NCBI RefSeq assembly: GCF_017876815.1
Contig: NZ_JAGIOS010000001.1
Coordinates: 1,830,001 to 1,862,000, forward strand
Direction of reading: 5' to 3'
Length of the DNA stretch: 32,000 bases
Origin: Sinorhizobium meliloti
GTDB lineage: Bacteria > Pseudomonadota > Alphaproteobacteria > Rhizobiales > Rhizobiaceae
The notes below the pieces were generated by a model, which was given only the letters and a program-made list of their open reading frames with translations, was not told the DNA's origin and ran no database searches. The first letter of the stretch is position 1, and each line of letters begins with the position of its first letter. Below are positions 26,593 through 32,000 of the stretch, one piece after another. Made by a program: the position numbers and the translations under genes.

Positions 26593-28803
26593 CTAATCCT
26601 GCTCCAGCATCAGCGTCGCCAGAGGCGGCAGCGTGATGGTGGCGATCGTCTCTCCGTTCGCTCTCTTCTCTGCATGGACGGCGCCGCCGTTGCCCTTGCC
26701 ACTTCCTCCATAGATTTCCGCGTCGGTATTGAGGACTTCCTTCCAGCGCCCTGCCACCGGAAGCGGTATGTCGTAATGCTCCCGGTAAACCGGAGTGAAG
26801 TTGGTGACGACCGCGACCAGCTTCTCTCCGGGCGCTTTCCTCAGCCAGGCGAAGACGGAATTCTCACGATCGTCGGCAATCAGCCATTCGAAACCGTCGC
26901 CCTCGCAGTCGCGCGCATGCAGCGCCGGCTTCGAGCGATAGGTGCCGTTCAGGTCGCGCACCAGACGGCGCATCCCCTCATGCAGATTGTATTCGAGCAG
27001 GTTCCAGTCGAGACCGCGGTCCTCCGACCATTCGCGCCATTGGGCGAATTCCTGTCCCATGAAAAGGAGCTTCTTGCCGGGATAGCCCCACATGAAGCCG
27101 TAATAGGCGCGGAGATTGGCGAACTTCTGCCAGTCGTCGCCGGCCATCTTGGCGATCAGCGACCCCTTGCCGTGGACGACCTCGTCATGGGACAGCGGCA
27201 GCACGAAATTCTCGCTGAAGGCGTAGAGCAGCCCGAAGGTCATATCGTTGTGGTGGAACTTTCGGTGCACGGGCTCGCGCGAGAGATATTGCAGCGTGTC
27301 GTGCATGAAGCCCATGTTCCACTTGAAGCCGAAGCCGAGCCCGCCGGCATGCACCGGGTGCGAGACCTTCGGCCAGGACGTCGATTCCTCGGCGATGGTC
27401 AGCACGCCCTGGTGGATGCCGTAGATGCGGGTGTTCATCGTCTGCAGGAAACGCACGGCCTCGAGATTTTCGTTGCCGCCATATTCGTTCGGCACCCATT
27501 CGCCATGCTTGCGCGAATAGTCGAGATAGAGCATCGAGGCGACCGCATCGACGCGCAGGCCGTCGACATGGAATTTCTCCGCCCAGTAGAGAGCGTTGTT
27601 GACCAGAAAGGCGACGACCTCCTGACGGCCGAAATTGTAGATCGCCGTGTTCCAGTCGGGATGGAACCCCTGGCGCGGATCCGCATGCTCGTAAAGCGCG
27701 GTGCCGTCGAACCAGCGAAGCCCGTGTTCGTCGGTCGGAAAATGCGCCGGCACCCAGTCGAGGATGACGCCGATGCCCACCTTATGGCAGCCGTTGACGA
27801 AACGGGCAAAGCCCTCTGGCTCGCCGAAGCGTGCGGTCGGCGCATAGAGGCCGGTGGTCTGATAGCCCCAGGACGGATCATAGGGATATTCCGAAATGGG
27901 CAGGAACTCGATGTGCGTGAAGCCCATATCGACGCAATAGGGGATCAGCCTTTCCGCCAGTTCGTCCCAGGTGAGCATGTCGCCATTGTCGCGGCGCTGC
28001 CATGAGGCCGCATGGACCTCGTAGATCGAGATCGGCTGCCGGCGCGGATCGATCTCGGCCCAGTGACGCCGATGCGCCTCGTCCTCCCAGTTCTGGGCGA
28101 TCTCGTCCGCGGTCATCGAAGCGGTGTCGGGCCTGAGCTCCGAGCGCCGGGCAAAGGGGTCGGCCTTCAACGGCAGCAGCGTGCCGTTGCTGTCGACGAT
28201 TTCGTATTTATAGGGCGTACCCACGGGCACGCCGGGGATGAAGATCTCCCAGATACCGGTGTCGACACGCAGGCGCATGACATGCCGGCGTCCGTCCCAG
28301 TCGTTGAAACTCCCGACCACGGACACACGGCGGGCGTTCGGCGCCCAGACGGCGAAGTGAAAACCCTCGGCGCCGTCATGCCGGATCGGATGCGCGCCCA
28401 TCTTGTCGAAGAGGCGAAGGTGCGAGCCCTCGCGGATATAGTAGTCGTCCATCGGCCCGAGCACGGGGCCGAAGCTGTAGGGATCGATGACGGTCCACTC
28501 GCCGCCGTCGTTGCGGGCGCGGTAGCGGATGGGCTGCTCTTTGCGGAGCGCCACCGGCCCCTCGAAGAAGCCGGCCTCGTCGCGCCGCTCGAGCGTGCCG
28601 AGTTCCTTGCCGCTGAGCGTTTCGGCAATCACCGTTTCCGCACCCGGCACGAAGCACCGGGCGACATAGGTCTTGCCCGCGGCATGCACTCCAAGGACGG
28701 CGAAGGGGTTGCTGTGGGTACCGGAAAGTATTGCCGCGATTTCCGGCGCTGGCAGCATGCCTGGCGGGGCGGGGGCTGGATCCTTGCCGGGCGGAACCGT
28801 CAT
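26593..28803 (-). CDS. glgB: 1,4-alpha-glucan branching enzyme (GH13)
   Basis: 736-aa ORF. GH13 regions GVILDWVPAHF, GLRVDAVASMLY, IAEEST and GFKWNMGFMHD. ATGA overlap with the glgP stop. Confidence 0.95.
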   Translation of the reverse strand: MTVPPGKDPAPAPPGMLPAPEIAAILSGTHSNPFAVLGVHAAGKTYVARCFVPGAETVIAETLSGKELGTLERRDEAGFFEGPVALRKEQPIRYRARNDGGEWTVIDPYSFGPVLGPMDDYYIREGSHLRLFDKMGAHPIRHDGAEGFHFAVWAPNARRVSVVGSFNDWDGRRHVMRLRVDTGIWEIFIPGVPVGTPYKYEIVDSNGTLLPLKADPFARRSELRPDTASMTADEIAQNWEDEAHRRHWAEIDPRRQPISIYEVHAASWQRRDNGDMLTWDELAERLIPYCVDMGFTHIEFLPISEYPYDPSWGYQTTGLYAPTARFGEPEGFARFVNGCHKVGIGVILDWVPAHFPTDEHGLRWFDGTALYEHADPRQGFHPDWNTAIYNFGRQEVVAFLVNNALYWAEKFHVDGLRVDAVASMLYLDYSRKHGEWVPNEYGGNENLEAVRFLQTMNTRIYGIHQGVLTIAEESTSWPKVSHPVHAGGLGFGFKWNMGFMHDTLQYLSREPVHRKFHHNDMTFGLLYAFSENFVLPLSHDEVVHGKGSLIAKMAGDDWQKFANLRAYYGFMWGYPGKKLLFMGQEFAQWREWSEDRGLDWNLLEYNLHEGMRRLVRDLNGTYRSKPALHARDCEGDGFEWLIADDRENSVFAWLRKAPGEKLVAVVTNFTPVYREHYDIPLPVAGRWKEVLNTDAEIYGGSGKGNGGAVHAEKRANGETIATITLPPLATLMLEQD

Positions 28804-31277
28804 CCGGCTCTCCAGATCTCTCCGGCATATTGCCGGATCGTGCGATCGGACGAGAACCAGCCCATCCGGGCGGTGTTGCGGACCGCCTTCGAATACCAGG
28901 CGGACGGGGTGGTCCAGAGCTGGTCGATCTCGCGCTGCGCCTTGGCATAGGCCTCGAAATCGGCTGCAACCATGAACCAGTCGTGGTTGTAAAGCCCGTC
29001 CACGAGGCCGGAAAAGCGATTGCGGTCGTCGGGCGAGAAGACGCCGGAAGCGATCGCATCGAGCGCCTGCGAGAGTTCGCGCGAATTTTCGATGACGGCG
29101 CGCGGATTGTGTCCTTCCGCTCGCGCCTTGCCCACCTCCTCGGCGGTCATGCCGAAGATCTTGATGTTTTCCTCGCCGACCCAGTCGCGCATCTCGACAT
29201 TGGCGCCATCGAGCGTGCCGATGGTCAGCGCTCCGTTGAGCGCGAACTTCATGTTGCCGGTACCCGAGGCTTCCATGCCCGCCGTCGAGATCTGCTCGGA
29301 GAGATCGGCCGCCGGTACCATCACTTCCGCAAGCGACACATTGTAGTTGGGGACGAAGACGACCTTCAGAAGGCCGCGGACGGCCGGATCGTTGTTGATG
29401 ACGCGGGCGATGTCATTGGCAAGTTTAATGATCAGCTTGGCGTTATGATAGCTCGGTGCCGCCTTGCCGGCGAAGAGCTTGACGCGCGGTACCCAGTCGA
29501 GCTCGGGATGGGAGCGGATCTGGTCGTAAAGCGCCACCGCTTCGATGAGGTTCAGCAACTGCCGCTTATATTCGTGGATTCGCTTGATCTGGATGTCGAA
29601 CATCGCCGACGGATCGATCCGGATGCCGAGATTCGCCTGGACCAGCTTTGCCAGCCGCACCTTGTTGGCGCGCTTTACGGCTGCGAAGTGCTCCTGGAAA
29701 TCCGCCTTGTCGGCAAAGGCGTCGAGGGCCTGAAGCGCCTCGGTATTGTCCATGAACTCGTCGCCGATCGCCTCCCGGATCAGGCCGAAAAGACCCGGAT
29801 TGCACTGCATCAGCCACCGGCGCGGCGTTATGCCGTTGGTCTTGTTGTTGATGCGGTCCGGATAAAGCGCGTGAAGGTCGGCGAAGACCGTTTCCTTCAT
29901 CAGCTCGGTATGGAGAGCCGATACGCCGTTGATCGAGTGCGAGCCGACGAAGGCGAGATTGCCCATGCGCACGCGCCGGTCGCCGGTTTCGTCGATCAGC
30001 GAGATGTTGCGGATCGCCTCGTCCGTCGCGTGCCTCTCCCGGCGTGCCTCGATCAGGATCTTGGCGTTGATGGCGTAGACGATCTGCATGTGGCGCGGCA
30101 GCAGCCGCTCGAAGAGCGGAACCGGCCAGCTCTCGAGCGCTTCCGGCAGCAGGGTGTGGTTCGTATAGGAGAAGGTCCGCCGCGAAATGTCCCAGGCCTG
30201 TTCGAAATCGAGCCCGTGCACATCGGTCAAGAGACGCACCAGCTCGGCGACGGAGACCGCCGGATGCGTATCGTTAAGCTGGATGGCGACGGCGTCCGGC
30301 AGCGACGTGAAGTCGGGATACTGCTGCAGATGCCGGCGCAGGATGTCCTGGAGCGAGGCGGAGGAGAAGAAATATTCCTGCCTGAGCCTGAGTTCCTGGC
30401 CGGCCGGCGTGGCGTCGGCCGGATAGAGCACGCGCGTCAGGCTTTCCGCCTTGTTGCTTTCGCGCAGCGCCCCGATATGGTCGCCGGCATTGAAGGCGTC
30501 GAGCAGGATCGGGTCGATCGGCTGCGCGGCCCAGAGGCGAAGCGTGTTGACGCGCGTTGCCCGCCAGCCGACGGCCGGTGTGTCGAAGGCGGTGGCGATA
30601 ACGCGCTCGGCCGGCTTCCACACGTAACGCTGCACTTCCTCGTCGATATTGACCGTTTCGACGCTGCCGCCGAAGCCGATCTCGTAGGAGCTTTCGCGGC
30701 GCTCGAATTCCCAGGGGTTGCCATGAGCGAGCCAGGTCTCCGGCAGTTCCACCTGCCAGCCGTCGGCCATCTGCTGGCGGAAAAGACCGTGCATGTAGCG
30801 TATGCCATAGCCGTAGGCAGGCACGTCGACGGTCGCCATGGATTCCATGAAACAGGCGGCGAGGCGGCCGAGACCGCCATTGCCGAGCGCCGCATCCGGC
30901 TCGAGAGCGGCAACGACGTCGATATCGACGCCGAGCGAGGCAAGCGCATCGCGCATCTCGTCCATGAGGCCGAGATTCGTCATGGCGTCGCGCATCATAC
31001 GGCCGATGAGGAACTCGAGCGACATGTAATAGACGCGCTTGGCGCCGGTCGAATAGGTCTTGCGGGTGGAGTCCATCCATTTGTCGGTGATGCGGTCACG
31101 CGCCACGAGGATGGCGGCCGTCAACCAGTCGTGCGGCTTGGCGACTTTCGGGTCCTTGCCGATGCGGTATTTCAGACGCTCGAGAATCTCGACTGCAAGC
31201 TGGCTGGGTTCCGAGGATCTGAGGGCGGGTTGCGGCAGTTCGGTGGTTGAGAGCCGAGTCATCATGAGAACTGTCAT
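28800..31277 (-). CDS. glgP: Glycogen phosphorylase (GT35)
   Basis: 825-aa ORF. Pyridoxal-phosphate site EASGTGNMKFALNGALTIGTLDGANVE. First gene of the cluster. The start could instead be one of the ATGs at 31265/31262 (MMTRL...), because no strong SD precedes 31277. Confidence 0.93.
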   Translation of the reverse strand: MTVLMMTRLSTTELPQPALRSSEPSQLAVEILERLKYRIGKDPKVAKPHDWLTAAILVARDRITDKWMDSTRKTYSTGAKRVYYMSLEFLIGRMMRDAMTNLGLMDEMRDALASLGVDIDVVAALEPDAALGNGGLGRLAACFMESMATVDVPAYGYGIRYMHGLFRQQMADGWQVELPETWLAHGNPWEFERRESSYEIGFGGSVETVNIDEEVQRYVWKPAERVIATAFDTPAVGWRATRVNTLRLWAAQPIDPILLDAFNAGDHIGALRESNKAESLTRVLYPADATPAGQELRLRQEYFFSSASLQDILRRHLQQYPDFTSLPDAVAIQLNDTHPAVSVAELVRLLTDVHGLDFEQAWDISRRTFSYTNHTLLPEALESWPVPLFERLLPRHMQIVYAINAKILIEARRERHATDEAIRNISLIDETGDRRVRMGNLAFVGSHSINGVSALHTELMKETVFADLHALYPDRINNKTNGITPRRWLMQCNPGLFGLIREAIGDEFMDNTEALQALDAFADKADFQEHFAAVKRANKVRLAKLVQANLGIRIDPSAMFDIQIKRIHEYKRQLLNLIEAVALYDQIRSHPELDWVPRVKLFAGKAAPSYHNAKLIIKLANDIARVINNDPAVRGLLKVVFVPNYNVSLAEVMVPAADLSEQISTAGMEASGTGNMKFALNGALTIGTLDGANVEMRDWVGEENIKIFGMTAEEVGKARAEGHNPRAVIENSRELSQALDAIASGVFSPDDRNRFSGLVDGLYNHDWFMVAADFEAYAKAQREIDQLWTTPSAWYSKAVRNTARMGWFSSDRTIRQYAGEIWRAG

Positions 31278-31331
31278 ACCCTTATTGCATTTCGGAAAGC
31301 CCCAGGTCGGAACCGACCAGGTACAAGGGCA

Positions 31332-31360
31332 ATTTATGCATCGATCCGAAGCGCTTGCAA
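31332..31360 (-). promoter_or_regulatory. Candidate sigma-70 promoter of the glg operon
   Basis: Minus strand reads TTGCAA (31360-31355), 16 nt, then CATAAAT (31338-31332). An A/T-rich tract (31365-31385, TTTTTAAAAGGATTAAAAC) lies immediately upstream, like an UP element. About 50 nt from the glgP ATG. Confidence 0.4.
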
Positions 31361-31435
31361 CAGGTGTTTTTAAAAGGATTAAAACAGCAGATGCTTGACG
31401 GTCGGCCCCGATGCCGCAGACATTTCAGGATTGGC

Positions 31436-31473
31436 GAATAAAGCAAAGCGCCGCCCGGAGAGGCCGGGCGGCG
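31436..31473 (-). terminator. Rho-independent terminator of the vWA-domain gene
   Basis: CGCCGCCCGG-AGAGG-CCGGGCGGCG is a perfect 10-bp stem (31449-31458 / 31464-31473). On the minus strand it is followed by CTTTGCTTTATTC. It lies 25 nt after the stop at 31499. Confidence 0.75.
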
Positions 31474-31498
31474 TTCGACACGGGCTGAAACTTGGCGC

Positions 31499-32000
31499 TT
31501 ATTTCGTCAGGCGCGCAATCATCGCGGCAGCTTTTTGGCCGATCTTCTCGAATTCCGAAACGAGCGCCGCCGCGTCGTCGGCTTCCTTGTAATGATCCGG
31601 CGAAGTAGCGCAGGCCTTCAAAAGATCCTTGCCCCGTTGCGGCGCCATGAAGGCCACGGTGAAGATCGCGATGCCGTTGTTTTTGGCCGTCGTGCAAGCC
31701 GCCTTGGTGACGGAGTCCGCCTTTTCCAGGTCACGGGGCGAGGTCTTGCCGTTGTAGCTCGTGTTTTCGCCGTCGGTCATGAACACGATGTACTTTTCCG
31801 GAGTTTGCCCGTTCTTGGCCAGATGTGCCTCATTCTCACCGTCCAGCAGCAATTCCTCCACGGCTGCAGCAAAGGCCGAGCTGGAATCGGTCCCTCCGGT
31901 CGCGTCGAGGCCCTGAACGTGAGCTGACGCATTCTTCGTGCCCCAGGTCAATTTCGAGGCCCTGTCCTGCCTGTCGTTGTAGGACGCCGCGCCCGCGCGG
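31499..32000 (-). CDS. von Willebrand factor A (vWA) domain protein, TadG/pilus-assembly-like, 5' end outside the window
   Basis: The frame stays open to nt 32000 (..RAGAASYNDRQDRASKLTWGT..), so the TTG at 31951 is internal. MIDAS-related segments are DATGGTDSSSAF and YIVFMTDGENT. The C-terminus is IFTVAF...CATSPDHYKEADDAAALVSEF. Confidence 0.75.
   Translation of the reverse strand, partial: RAGAASYNDRQDRASKLTWGTKNASAHVQGLDATGGTDSSSAFAAAVEELLLDGENEAHLAKNGQTPEKYIVFMTDGENTSYNGKTSPRDLEKADSVTKAACTTAKNNGIAIFTVAFMAPQRGKDLLKACATSPDHYKEADDAAALVSEFEKIGQKAAAMIARLTK

Noticed and set aside
28731-31250. 839-aa ORF antisense to glgP
   Set aside because: Same reasoning. It is the mirror frame of a highly conserved phosphorylase gene, with biased composition and no recognisable motifs.
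31393-31398. Perfect CTTGAC -35 hexamer on the plus strand upstream of the vWA terminator
   Set aside because: No acceptable -10 element follows at 16-18 nt (AGACAT). There is also no plus-strand gene downstream, only the terminator and the convergent vWA gene.

Overview
High-GC (about 62%) chromosomal segment that reads like core genome of a Rhizobiaceae-type alphaproteobacterium, probably Sinorhizobium/Ensifer-like (inferred from gene content, gene order and repeat style). Gene order:
- 3' end of a 2-hydroxyacid dehydrogenase, then a convergent PuuD-like amidotransferase
- a membrane PAS-GGDEF-EAL protein
- a small COX-IV-like membrane protein, then the split proton-translocating transhydrogenase pntAA-pntAB-pntB
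- on the minus strand: a class III adenylate cyclase, a DUF992 secreted protein, a TPR lipoprotein and rpsU
- the heterotetrameric sarcosine oxidase operon soxB-soxD-soxA-soxG
- a frameshifted Zn-dependent alcohol dehydrogenase
- a translationally coupled MaoC-dehydratase/DUF2332 pair
- the complete glycogen operon glgP-glgB-glgC-glgA-pgm-glgX (minus strand)
- 3' end of a vWA-domain gene

I found no rRNA, tRNA, CRISPR array, transposase, integrase, phage gene or recognisable defence gene. This is an ordinary housekeeping region and I do not think it hides a novel multi-gene system.

Several things are not explained by the genes. The main one is a family of three 150-180 bp composite palindromic elements (REP/RIME/MITE-like) that sit exactly in intergenic gaps at 7696-7844, 16834-16996 and 21947-22125. 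One lies inside the glg operon, and one is flanked by a 5-bp direct repeat. The others are a single-base frameshift in the ADH gene, a CGCAA/TTGCG pentamer cluster upstream of soxB, a degenerate GGDEF site, and several structured intercistronic spacers.

All family calls come from recognising motifs by eye. No searches or folding computations were run.
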